Source of the DNA: a virus
UHGV virus genome: UHGV-0218987
Strand: one strand, 5' to 3'
DNA length: 30,308 nucleotides
The translations under genes and the position numbers were made by a program. The notes under the pieces are model-generated. The model did not search any database. It was not told the DNA's origin and worked only from the letters and a program-made list of their open reading frames with translations. Positions 1 to 7,739 of the stretch are shown piece by piece (position 1 is the first letter of the stretch; each line of letters starts with the position of its first letter).

Positions 1-124
1 GCATAACCTGAATCTGAGGCAGCATCTGGCAAGGCTGGGCAGGAAGTCACTGTCGTTCTCAAAATCGGTGGAGCTGCATGACAAAGTCATCGGGCATTAT
101 CTGAACATAAAACACTATCAGTAA

Positions 125-478
125 GTTGGAGTCATTACCGACAACTCCCAAAATAAACGGAACGCACAAGCCTTCGGCGCGCTTATTGGCGCAGTCGCTG
201 GCGGTGTTATCGGCCACAACGTCGGTTCTGGCAGCAATTCCGGAACGACGGCAGGGGCAGTTGGCGGCGGAGCTGTAGGCGCGGCAGCGGGTTCTATGGT
301 GAATGATAAAACCTTAGTGGAAGGTGTTTCTTTAACATATCAGGAAGGCACCAAAGTGTATACCTCCACCCAGGTGGGTAAAGAGTGCCAGTTTACGACA
401 GGTTTAGCCGTTGTTATTACCACGACGTATAACGAAACGCGTATTCAGCCAAATACCAAATGTCCTGAAAAGAGCTAA
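125..478 (+). pseudogene. Glycine-zipper (YMGG/SlyB-like) small membrane or lipoprotein reading frame with no canonical start; possibly interrupted by the in-frame TAA at 122-124
   Basis: Frame 2 encodes a Gly-zipper-like stretch (GALIGAVAGGVIGHNVGSG...GAVGGGAVGAAAGS) continuous with the listed 296..478 ORF. There is no in-frame ATG/GTG/TTG between the TAA at 122-124 and the ATG at 296. The same frame is open from the window start to 124. Confidence 0.3.
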
Positions 479-493
479 TGATCAGGAGGAGTC

Positions 494-1033
494 ATGAAGA
501 AAGTTTTTCTTTGCGCCATCTTAGCCTCCTTAAGCTATCCGGCTATCGCCTCATCATTGCAGGATCAACTCTCTGCTGTCGCAGAAGCGGAACAGCAAGG
601 TAAAAATGAAGAGCAAAGGCAGCATGACGAATGGGTCGCGGAGCGCAACAGGGAAATCCAGCAAGAGAAGCAACGTCGCGCAAACGCCCAGGCCGCCGCT
701 AACAAAAGAGCGGCAACGGCAGCGGCAAATAAGAAAGCTCGTCAGGATAAACTGGACGCCGAAGCCACTGCGGACAAAAAACGCGATCAAAGTTATGAAG
801 ATGAGCTACGCAGCTTAGAGATTCAGAAACAAAAACTGGCGCTGGCGAAAGAAGAAGCCCGCGTTAAGCGCGAAAACGAATTTATCGATCAGGAACTGAA
901 GCACAAAGCTGCGCAAACCGATGTGGTGCAATCTGAAGCTGACGCAAACAGGAATATGACTGAAGGCGGTCGCGATCTGATGAAAAGCGTGGGCAAAGCA
1001 GAAGAGAATAAATCAGATAGCTGGTTTAACTAA
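494..1033 (+). CDS. Secreted charged coiled-coil protein of unknown function (host or cargo gene)
   Basis: AGGAGG RBS at 484-489 before the ATG; N-terminal signal-peptide-like MKKVFLCAILASLSYPAIASS; K/E/Q/A-rich remainder; followed by an intrinsic terminator. Confidence 0.6.
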   Translation: MKKVFLCAILASLSYPAIASSLQDQLSAVAEAEQQGKNEEQRQHDEWVAERNREIQQEKQRRANAQAAANKRAATAAANKKARQDKLDAEATADKKRDQSYEDELRSLEIQKQKLALAKEEARVKRENEFIDQELKHKAAQTDVVQSEADANRNMTEGGRDLMKSVGKAEENKSDSWFN

Positions 1034-1071
1034 ACGATGTTAGTAACTTCAAGTCTATAATTCTTTAGGAT

Positions 1072-1103
1072 AAAAAACCCTCTGTAGTAACAGAGGGTTT
1101 TGT
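1072..1103 (+). terminator. Rho-independent terminator after 494..1033
   Basis: Stem CCCTCTGT / ACAGAGGG with a 4-nt loop, followed by TTTTGTT; A-run upstream makes it potentially bidirectional. Confidence 0.6.
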
Positions 1104-1250
1104 TCATTCATAGTGCAGGGTCAAATCATTCCCACTCAATTATTTACGGCAGCCATAACCAATTGAGTGATAACATTTTTCCAAAAACTAATTTTTTTAG
1201 TACCGTTTTATATACCGTCACCGGAAATCAGTACCATGAAAAATGCCATG

Positions 1251-1733
1251 CTATCTTGTCAGGGTGTCATACTGTTTTTCGCAGACTCTTCCGGCTTCGG
1301 CTGCCCGGTCAGCATACTCTGCCAGTTGTCTGTTTCTCTCGAGAGATTTGCTGAGCACGTCGGCAAGCAAAACTCCGGTATCTGCGGCTGACGCCCCAGC
1401 GCCGACAATGGCGTTATACTGCCTGAGCTGTTCACGGATGGCAACGAGCTGTTGCTGCAACCTGCCAGCGCGAGCGGCAGCATCAAGAGCATCATTGCGC
1501 GCCTGGTCGATCCTCTGCTGCGCTTCACGTTCATTGGTCACTTTCTCCTGTTCGTAGTACTGACGAACTTTTTCTTCTTCGGCTTTGCGGTCTTCTTCCG
1601 CCTGCGCATACCCGGCATCGTACTGACGGCTGCCGTGTATATTCCAGGCAACAACTCCTGATGTGGCAAGAACAGCAAGCATCGCCACGATAAGCAACTG
1701 TTTCCAGTATGCTTTTACGAATATCAGGATCAT
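1251..1733 (-). CDS. Rz: Rz-like i-spanin (inner-membrane spanin)
   Basis: N-terminal TM segment ([18 protein letters not shown]) followed by a coiled-coil periplasmic domain; last gene of the lysis cassette; start overlaps the endolysin stop; contains an embedded lipoprotein ORF in another frame. Confidence 0.75.
   Translation of the reverse strand: MILIFVKAYWKQLLIVAMLAVLATSGVVAWNIHGSRQYDAGYAQAEEDRKAEEEKVRQYYEQEKVTNEREAQQRIDQARNDALDAAARAGRLQQQLVAIREQLRQYNAIVGAGASAADTGVLLADVLSKSLERNRQLAEYADRAAEAGRVCEKQYDTLTR
1259..1534 (-). CDS. Rz1: Rz1-like o-spanin (outer-membrane lipoprotein) embedded within Rz
   Basis: Fully embedded in the Rz gene in an alternative frame; lipobox LALAGC after a basic n-region; classic Rz/Rz1 embedded architecture. 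Exact start uncertain. Confidence 0.6.
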   Translation of the reverse strand: MNVKRSRGSTRRAMMLLMLPLALAGCSNSSLPSVNSSGSITPLSALGRQPQIPEFCLPTCSANLSRETDNWQSMLTGQPKPEESAKNSMTP

Positions 1734-2359
1734 ACCGCCAGCACCTTACTGGCAGTTATGTATCGCGCACGCCGGTCGTCGATGCCGTTCCGGCCACCAT
1801 TGATAATCAGAGTTACACGTGCAATATCACCGGTATACTTCATGCAGCCTTTGCTGGCAAAAAACCACGCCGCACTACGAGCCGCATATTCATCCTGCGC
1901 CAGCAGTTCAGGACTCTCCAGCAGGTCAACTTTCAGACCGTTTCCACAGTCACGATAGTTATTCAAACCGGTAATCTGGATAAGCCCGCGCCCACGGTAA
2001 TTCCAGCCATCACCAGGGGCATTGTTACCCATGCGTTTGCTGTACACCAAATTTGCGATCGCTCTCTGGCGCTCAAGTGGCAATGGTGGTTCACCAGCAC
2101 GGCGCCCCAATGCGTTGGCCTGCCCCTGAGTGAGACGCCCAGCCAGAACGAAGTTAGCCAGTCCGGTGACGCTGTAGTTGAAGTTCTCCTGCAGCCGGGT
2201 GAAGCCTCCAGACTCATGCCCGACCTGAGCAATAAACATTGCCTGATCTTCTGGTTTGCTGATACCAAACTCTTTCATCGCAGAAGTTATATGCGAGAAC
2301 CAGCGTGCGGCCAGCGCCTCGCTAATACCAGCAGCTCGCTGGAATTGTTTAATCTCCAT
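1730..2359 (-). CDS. Endolysin, glycoside hydrolase family 19 (chitinase-like lysozyme)
   Basis: GH19-type motifs ([29 protein letters not shown]); GAGGT RBS before the ATG; sits between a membrane protein gene and Rz. Confidence 0.85.
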   Translation of the reverse strand: MEIKQFQRAAGISEALAARWFSHITSAMKEFGISKPEDQAMFIAQVGHESGGFTRLQENFNYSVTGLANFVLAGRLTQGQANALGRRAGEPPLPLERQRAIANLVYSKRMGNNAPGDGWNYRGRGLIQITGLNNYRDCGNGLKVDLLESPELLAQDEYAARSAAWFFASKGCMKYTGDIARVTLIINGGRNGIDDRRARYITASKVLAV

Positions 2360-2657
2360 GTTTAGACCTCGTTATTTTGAAAATCTGAACGACGTTACCG
2401 CGAGTTTTAAGAACCGCAGCAAGCATGACAGCATTGATAATGACCTCAGATAAATCCACAGCCATTGGCGTGCGTAACCAGATTGCATAGACGACACGAA
2501 CAGGAATACTGGCCGCAGCAACAATAAGGAAATAAGCAAGCCACCCTCCCCACCTTCGATGTTGTGAACCGTTACGCCGGAATGTGACAACACGAATTGC
2601 TATGCCAGTACAAATAAGTGCATTGGTGATAAGCAAAACAAGCTCATTAGTTACCAT
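2349..2657 (-). CDS. Lysis-associated small membrane protein (second holin or antiholin-like), about 3 TM segments
   Basis: Three hydrophobic segments; start overlaps the holin stop and stop overlaps the endolysin RBS, indicating translational coupling inside the lysis cassette. Confidence 0.6.
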   Translation of the reverse strand: MVTNELVLLITNALICTGIAIRVVTFRRNGSQHRRWGGWLAYFLIVAAASIPVRVVYAIWLRTPMAVDLSEVIINAVMLAAVLKTRGNVVQIFKITRSKHGD

Positions 2658-3048
2658 CGCCTTTTCTCCCCGGAATTAACTCGCGTGGATTATCGGAACG
2701 GTGATAGAGCCAGATGCCAATTCGAACTGCAACGATTGCTGACACGAATGCACCAGCAGAGAAAACAATCCCTTTCTCGAAAGAGTCCTGCGTGATGGTA
2801 GGGATCAGGCTGGCTACGCCGATAAGGATGGATGCAGTTGGTTTGTAGAAGAGAAGGCCGCAGAGAAAGCTGAGCATCGACAGGAGAACCCGGCGGCGGA
2901 TCGGGTATTCGACAGCCGAGGTAACAAAGATTACCGCGCCTGCCAAAGACCCCAACGCCACTTCTGGCGGGACACCAGCGATTACCGCAGCGAGCGAACC
3001 CATACTAAGCCACTGATTTAAAGACTCACTTGTTAGCCCGGCTGACAT
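2647..3048 (-). CDS. Holin-like membrane protein (first gene of lysis cassette)
   Basis: Multiple TM segments in a protein of about 133 aa directly upstream of the endolysin; start taken as the ATG at 3048 (GGTGG RBS) rather than the GTG at 3057. Confidence 0.65.
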   Translation of the reverse strand: MSAGLTSESLNQWLSMGSLAAVIAGVPPEVALGSLAGAVIFVTSAVEYPIRRRVLLSMLSFLCGLLFYKPTASILIGVASLIPTITQDSFEKGIVFSAGAFVSAIVAVRIGIWLYHRSDNPRELIPGRKGDGN

Positions 3049-3110
3049 AATGACCACCGTTTACTGTGCATAAAGAACCTCCTTAGTTGGTTCTCATATC
3101 ATACACAATA

Positions 3111-3137
3111 AACCATATGTGTTTTAATTTGGTAACA
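3111..3137 (-). promoter_or_regulatory. Copy (i) of conserved regulatory cassette (GTTACCAAATTAAAACACATATGG) upstream of the lysis cassette
   Basis: The minus-strand read TTGTTACCAAATTAAAACACATATGGTT is homologous to the cassettes at 5987-6010 and 24999-25022; it contains a TGT-N12-ACA arrangement and lies about 60 nt upstream of the holin start, just after the tailspike terminator. Confidence 0.45.
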
Positions 3138-3180
3138 AATGAAAAAGCCCTTTAGTGAAAAACATTCATTAAAGGGCTAG
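3135..3180 (-). terminator. Rho-independent terminator after the tailspike gene
   Basis: Stem AGCCCTTTA / TAAAGGGCT followed on the minus strand by a T-run (TTTTTCATTTG). Confidence 0.6.
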
Positions 3181-3188
3181 ATATTTAC

Positions 3189-5933
3189 TTAACCTTTAGA
3201 AAAAACAGACAGTAACGGAAGTGTAAAAGTCGACACACCAGTATTCATCATGCAGGTTTTACCACCTGAGTATCCAGATATGGTTTGCGAAACTGGACTT
3301 CCTGTTGTTGGGAAAATGGTGATTTCATCCCCCCCCTTCAATACTCTAACTTTGCCTGTAACATCAACCGATGAACTTGAAACAGACGTGAGAGATCCGT
3401 TGGTCATTGTATAAAAGTTTATAGTTCCTGTTGCTGTTCTGCTTACACCACATCCTGATTTTTGCTTCTGTTTATAGTTAAACAATACCAGCAGGCCAAC
3501 AGGCATTGACTCAAGCTCAACTGCTGTAGACTGGTAGGTCTTACTGCCGTTTCTCATGTCAGGAGCCTCATCATCTGGATCAGAAAAATTATACCCAAGA
3601 GTTAAATCATTAACCGTGGCATTATTCCCTGTTATTCCTTTGACTTGATTAACACTTAACGGTATGTAATTAAACCCTGCAAAAAGCGGTGTTAACTTTT
3701 CTCTAAATAAAAGGCCTGGTGGGTATACTAACGAAGGTGTACCATCATATGTCACTGAGATAATATTAAGTCCCTTTTTAAGGGTTCCAATGCACGTTGT
3801 TTGTTTGCCTGTAAATGATGTTAGCCCATTGCTGGCAACTTTACCTGATAGATAAGAAGAGTTCCTGATGTCATTGAGAATGACATTGAACTGGTTAACA
3901 CGATCTGATGAAGTATAAGTTGGGTTATATGGCTCAAATAATGTTACAGAGATATCGCTTGTATCACTCCATACAAAATACCGACAAATAACATTTTCAT
4001 TTGAAGGCGTAATCCTTCCCCATCCACCAAGTGCATCAAGATAATCACCTCCACTTAATATCGAAATTGATGGGTAGTATCTGGTATTTGAAGGGTATCC
4101 AATACCAATAAATGAAAGTTGAGTAGTAGGGATTAGGTTCTTATTTTTTACAGCTGTATAAACGCGCTCTTTTAATACCTCTTTTGCAGCATAAGCACCG
4201 ATGTATGCATGTCCTATCGTTGATGGATGGCTCTGGTCAAAGACAGTACCGCCGTCACGTTTGGCAACATCAGATATAGAGTACGCGCCTATATCTGCAT
4301 AAGCGTCAGTCGTGGCAATGGACAAATCCAAAAACTCGACCTTTGGGAAAAGGCGTTCGATACGCTTCTTAATGGCTGACTCCAGGAAAGCCTTTGGCGC
4401 ATCGTTATTGTTTACAGTAACAAAGCATATCGGACAACCATATCCCCATGATTTTCTAATCAACTTTTCAAACTCATGAAAATACGCTTCAAATCCTATT
4501 GTTGGAAGTATTCCATTGTCATTAAAACCAAGGCTTATAAAAAGAACATCAGGAGCTTTTTTTCCATACGCAGCATTCTGGAAAAATCCATAGTCGAAGT
4601 TTTCATAACCCCAACCTGTCGCAAGTGACTTGCCAGACGATCCGCAGTTATATGCTTTAAAAATATTATCCGTGCTGTCGGATAGCATATTGAGGCAATC
4701 AGTAAAAATTCTGAACCATGAATGCTTACCGCCATTTAAATTATGATTGTAGTTGGTAGAGTTAAGATTTCCATCGCTACCAGTCGGGTTCGGGGTCCAT
4801 CCTGAACTATAGGCTCCATCCGTTATAGAATCACCAATGATACCTACATGGCAATCTTCTATAGTTGATTGGTAACTCTGCTTATTTGCAAATTTAGCAA
4901 TTGTTCCAAGAGCAGTAAAATCAGGGCCATTGTTAGATAGCCCAACATCAAAAACATGCTCATTACCCCATTTGTCTCTTGTGAGAATTTTACCTTCTCC
5001 AAGAAATTTAGTCACATCATCTGACGGTAAAAAATTACACCTGATGGTTACATCTTTTGGGATGTAAATCTGACCAGGGAAAGCATAAATTGCACTTCTG
5101 TTGTCAGTTGTCGTGTTAATAACGACATTTGGAACATAAAATATTGACGTTGCGTCAGTTCTATATTGTCCGTTAACAAGCTCAGATCTGAGAACCGCAT
5201 CCCCAACACCTCTCCAAGCGCCAGGACCAACACCACCAGTAGTGGTAGGAGTTGATCCTGGAGGAACTACTTTGGGCAGTGGCCCGTCCCATCTGTAGTA
5301 TTCGCCGTTGCTTTCCCAGAGAAGAACATCGTTAAGATAGATGATGGTATTACCCAACTCAAAAGATTTCTTCGTGTTATAGCCATACAATCCATTTTCT
5401 AAGGTTTCAATAATGGTGCTAAGTATGGTACTAAATTTTGCATAAAGATCATCAGTATATTTTTTTGTAGCAGCATCTTGGGGAAGAGATGGATCACGAA
5501 GATTTCTAATATAATTTGAAAGCGCGTCATAAAAAATTGCTACGTCATTTGGCTTTCTTAAAGCCAACTTATCATTTCTTAATGATTGTTGAATGAGCAT
5601 AGTAAGTTTATCAAACGCATCCTCATGTACCTCAGCGAAGAACTTACCCTGATTACGTAAATCCGTTTCCTGAGTAGCTGGTAGTTCTCGTGATATAGAT
5701 ATCTGATGACCGTTAGCCAACGCCTTCGAGAGAATTACATTACCGCCGTTATATCCTCCAGCCCCGGTAACTGTGTAATCAGTATCAAGAGCCAGCACAG
5801 CGATATTTTCGTCAAGGTCAACCACCTGTACTACCAGATCAGATTTATTGAAAACCCTAAAGGTGTACGGAAATGATGTCGTAACGCCGTTACCTGTGTA
5901 TTCGTTGTGGTCAACTTCGGTTGAGACCGTCAT
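3189..5933 (-). CDS. Tailspike / tail fibre with SGNH (GDSL) esterase domain
   Basis: 914-aa ORF with GGAGA RBS. N-terminal YTGNGVTTSFPYTF virion-attachment-like motif; central blocks GIIGDSITDG (GDSxxDG), ISLGFNDNG (GxND) and DQSHPS that together match SGNH hydrolase blocks I/III/V. Gene is visibly more AT-rich than its neighbours. Confidence 0.75.
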   Translation of the reverse strand: MTVSTEVDHNEYTGNGVTTSFPYTFRVFNKSDLVVQVVDLDENIAVLALDTDYTVTGAGGYNGGNVILSKALANGHQISISRELPATQETDLRNQGKFFAEVHEDAFDKLTMLIQQSLRNDKLALRKPNDVAIFYDALSNYIRNLRDPSLPQDAATKKYTDDLYAKFSTILSTIIETLENGLYGYNTKKSFELGNTIIYLNDVLLWESNGEYYRWDGPLPKVVPPGSTPTTTGGVGPGAWRGVGDAVLRSELVNGQYRTDATSIFYVPNVVINTTTDNRSAIYAFPGQIYIPKDVTIRCNFLPSDDVTKFLGEGKILTRDKWGNEHVFDVGLSNNGPDFTALGTIAKFANKQSYQSTIEDCHVGIIGDSITDGAYSSGWTPNPTGSDGNLNSTNYNHNLNGGKHSWFRIFTDCLNMLSDSTDNIFKAYNCGSSGKSLATGWGYENFDYGFFQNAAYGKKAPDVLFISLGFNDNGILPTIGFEAYFHEFEKLIRKSWGYGCPICFVTVNNNDAPKAFLESAIKKRIERLFPKVEFLDLSIATTDAYADIGAYSISDVAKRDGGTVFDQSHPSTIGHAYIGAYAAKEVLKERVYTAVKNKNLIPTTQLSFIGIGYPSNTRYYPSISILSGGDYLDALGGWGRITPSNENVICRYFVWSDTSDISVTLFEPYNPTYTSSDRVNQFNVILNDIRNSSYLSGKVASNGLTSFTGKQTTCIGTLKKGLNIISVTYDGTPSLVYPPGLLFREKLTPLFAGFNYIPLSVNQVKGITGNNATVNDLTLGYNFSDPDDEAPDMRNGSKTYQSTAVELESMPVGLLVLFNYKQKQKSGCGVSRTATGTINFYTMTNGSLTSVSSSSVDVTGKVRVLKGGDEITIFPTTGSPVSQTISGYSGGKTCMMNTGVSTFTLPLLSVFSKG

Positions 5934-5986
5934 GTTAAATCTCCAGATAGTCGCAGCACCCGTTGCGCCGCATATCCGATCATTCT

Positions 5987-6010
5987 ATTACCTAAAAAAC
6001 CACATATGGA
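5987..6010 (+). promoter_or_regulatory. Copy (ii) of conserved regulatory cassette (ATTACCTAAAAAACCACATATGGA)
   Basis: Homologous to the cassettes at 3111-3137 (minus) and 24999-25022; located in the divergent intergenic region between the tailspike and the 6129 gene. Confidence 0.45.
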
Positions 6011-6036
6011 TAGATAACCCATAAATACGAACAGAT

Positions 6037-6053
6037 ATTACCTTTCAGGTAAT
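6037..6053. promoter_or_regulatory. Perfect inverted repeat ATTACCT-TTC-AGGTAAT (operator-like)
   Basis: 7-bp perfect arms with a 3-nt spacer; same motif family as 25061-25077, 7485-7499 and 6416-6434. Confidence 0.5.
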
Positions 6054-6089
6054 TCGCAAAACGTGCTGGATAGCAAACAAATTATTTGC

Positions 6090-6109
6090 TACTGTATAAA
6101 TATACAGTT
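6090..6109 (+). promoter_or_regulatory. LexA (SOS) box TACTGTATAAATATACAGTT overlapping the promoter of the 6129 gene
   Basis: CTGT-N8-ACAG with an AT-rich spacer, a near-ideal match to the TACTG(TA)5CAGTA consensus; flanked by a -35-like TTGCTA (6086-6091) and TATTAC (6109-6114); 20 nt upstream of the start codon. Confidence 0.75.
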
Positions 6110-6128
6110 ATTACATGGAGAAGATAAG

Positions 6129-6386
6129 ATGCAGCAGTATCACTATCCACTGGAAGACGGATTTACCGAAAGGATTCACACGCCGGGAGGCGTCAGGTCA
6201 CTGGTGGAGGGATCGCACTTGATGAAATTACTCCGGGATCTCGATAAGGATGGATTTAATGTCGATGGCCCACTTGCCGAACTGACTGCACTGATTAACT
6301 ACGTCACCAGCTCACAGATGTCTATGCGGGATCTGCAAACACATCTCGACTATTGTGCCGAACAATTACGAAAACAAACCAGATAA
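6129..6386 (+). CDS. Small SOS-regulated protein, paralog of the C-terminal domain of the Bro-N antirepressor-like protein (candidate antirepressor or modulator)
   Basis: ATG at 6129 with GGAGA RBS (the listed ORF start at 6063 lies upstream of the LexA box and is unlikely). The product aligns with the C-terminus of the 6702..7412 protein (…GV…L-E-S-LM-LL…DG…V-G…AELT…RD-QTH…Y). Confidence 0.6.
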   Translation: MQQYHYPLEDGFTERIHTPGGVRSLVEGSHLMKLLRDLDKDGFNVDGPLAELTALINYVTSSQMSMRDLQTHLDYCAEQLRKQTR

Positions 6387-6400
6387 GATTTGAAATTACC

Positions 6401-6452
6401 AAGAGGAGTGCTTATATTTACCTTTGCGGTAAATTTACATCGCACTCCTCTT
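6401..6452 (+). other. Large nested hairpin (AAGAGGAGTGC … GCACTCCTCTT) enclosing inverted repeat ATTTACC-N5-GGTAAAT
   Basis: 11-bp perfect outer stem with a roughly 30-nt loop that itself contains a TTACC/GGTAA-family inverted repeat (6416-6434); followed by a second hairpin GGCACTGG-CAAAAT-CCAGTGCC at 6468-6489. Confidence 0.5.
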
Positions 6453-6522
6453 GTGCCATAGTAATCGGGCACTGGCAAAATCCAGTGCCGGGATTGGCGT
6501 CCCGAGTTACTAAGTGGCGCAT

Positions 6523-6545
6523 ACCACGCCAGACGTGGTTTTTTT
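6523..6545 (+). terminator. Rho-independent terminator (or attenuator) downstream of the 6129 gene
   Basis: Stem ACCACG / CGTGGT with loop CCAGA followed by seven T. Confidence 0.6.
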
Positions 6546-6701
6546 ATGCGTTAAGCACAGCCATATCCGAATTATGGTGGGCTGGGCAGGGGTCCGAAAG
6601 GACGCCGGTACCACTTAGGCCGGTACGCCAACCTTGTCCAGTTCACCACCAGTAATTGGCGTTGCGGTGGTGATTAAAATCACTAAGTGGAGATAACCAC
6701 C

Positions 6702-7412
6702 ATGGCTAATGCTCAAACTGCCATCTTCAAATTTGAATCTGTTAACCCTATCCGTTCCATCATTATCGATGGCCAACCATGGTTTGTAGCCCAAGACGTT
6801 TGTAGTGCGCTGCGTATCCAAAACGTCACCCAAGCACTTGAAAAACTGGATGATGATGAAAGGTCTATGTTCAACATAGGGCATGAACATCGTGCAATTT
6901 TTGACAGCCGAGTAAAAGAGATCAACATCATCTCCGAGTCAGGCCTCTACACACTGATCCTCCGCTGCCGCGATGCGGTGACACCAGGCACTATCCCCTA
7001 CCGCTTTCGTAAATGGGTTACAGGTGAGGTTCTTCCTCAGATCCGCCGCACCGGAAGTTACATTAAAAACTCGCTCCCGCAGGAAGAACGCATAAAGATG
7101 GTTGCCGACCAGGTAGCCAACGCCACAGCATCAGCAGTGATGCAGGCAATGAAGATAGAGAACAAAACCTACAGTGCCCCACTGAAGCCCGGCTACCGCA
7201 GTCTGATTCATTCTCCGTCTGGTGTTCTCGGCCTGACGGAGAACTCACTGCTGATGAATTTGCTGAACCAGTTGCAGGAAGACGGGCACGATGTATCGGG
7301 CGCGGCGGCGGAGCTGACCACCATGTTTTGCTACATCGTTGGTGTGAGCAAATGCCTGCGTGATATCCAGACTCACGCGGAGTACATCAACGACAAGGCT
7401 GGGTTCTTCTGA
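6702..7412 (+). CDS. Bro-N / KilA-N-type antirepressor-like protein
   Basis: N-terminal Bro-N signature (FKFESVNPIRSIIIDGQPWFVAQDVCSALRIQN … YRFRKWVTGEVLPQIRRTGSY). Start at ATG 6702 with GGAGA RBS (the listed ORF starts at 6687). C-terminal about 70 aa paralogous to the 6129..6386 product. Confidence 0.75.
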   Translation: MANAQTAIFKFESVNPIRSIIIDGQPWFVAQDVCSALRIQNVTQALEKLDDDERSMFNIGHEHRAIFDSRVKEINIISESGLYTLILRCRDAVTPGTIPYRFRKWVTGEVLPQIRRTGSYIKNSLPQEERIKMVADQVANATASAVMQAMKIENKTYSAPLKPGYRSLIHSPSGVLGLTENSLLMNLLNQLQEDGHDVSGAAAELTTMFCYIVGVSKCLRDIQTHAEYINDKAGFF

Positions 7413-7456
7413 CGGGCGGCGGCACAGGGATGTGCCTTTAAATAATTCTGTACAGA

Positions 7457-7499
7457 TTGCAGACTGTGGGTGAATAGCGTACTATTACCTCAAGGGTAA
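7457..7499 (+). promoter_or_regulatory. Sigma70-like promoter (TTGCAG-N17-TACTAT) overlapped by inverted repeat TTACCT-CAA-GGGTAA
   Basis: -35 at 7457-7462 and -10 at 7480-7485 with a 17-nt spacer; the inverted repeat at 7485-7499 (5 of 6 arm positions complementary) overlaps the -10 and +1 region, suggesting repressor control. Confidence 0.5.
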
Positions 7500-7559
7500 A
7501 CGGATTGGTTTCATTTTTATTAATCCGTGTAATGAACTTATGAGATATGAGGTAATGTC

Positions 7560-7739
7560 ATGCGAAACGAAAAATTGCAGATGCGTAGAGCGCAAGCTGC
7601 CGCAAGACGTTCTTTCAATGGAAGCGTAGAGTACGTAAAAGTTACTATGACAAAAGATCACGCAAGTCGCGTATCCCGAGCTTTCTTTGATTCTCGTAAC
7701 AATAAGGAAAATTATGAGTTCGTCTGCGTCGCAGAATGA
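7560..7739 (+). CDS. Small basic ORF (59 aa) overlapping the start of the downstream gene; candidate antitoxin or regulator
   Basis: ATG at 7560 with GAGGT RBS 6 nt upstream; ends at TGA 7737-7739, overlapping the 7714 start by 26 nt in another frame. Below the 60-aa cutoff of the supplied ORF track. No homology claimed. Confidence 0.35.
   Translation: MRNEKLQMRRAQAAARRSFNGSVEYVKVTMTKDHASRVSRAFFDSRNNKENYEFVCVAE

Noticed and set aside
554-818. Minus-strand 78-aa and plus-strand 70-aa ORFs nested in the 494..1033 gene
   Set aside because: They sit inside a gene that has a strong RBS, signal peptide and terminator; these are alternative-frame artefacts of a repetitive K/E/A/Q-rich coding sequence.
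1709-2365. 218-aa plus-strand ORF overlapping the endolysin gene
   Set aside because: The GH19 endolysin on the minus strand has recognisable catalytic motifs; the plus-strand frame is its antisense shadow.
3048-3057. GTG at 3057 as the holin start (the listed ORF start)
   Set aside because: The in-frame ATG at 3048 has a better-spaced GGTGG RBS; the GTG start cannot be excluded but is less likely.
6353-6655. 100-aa plus-strand ORF in the intergenic region between the SOS-regulated gene and the Bro-N gene
   Set aside because: It runs straight through multiple hairpins and an intrinsic terminator, has no RBS, and the region is better explained as structured non-coding DNA or RNA.
7441-7470. 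Possible second LexA box near CTGTACAGATTGCAGACTG upstream of the toxin-like module
   Set aside because: The sequence has CTGT followed 8 nt later by CAGA rather than ACAG, so it does not fit CTGT-N8-ACAG; only the 6090-6109 site is a convincing LexA box.
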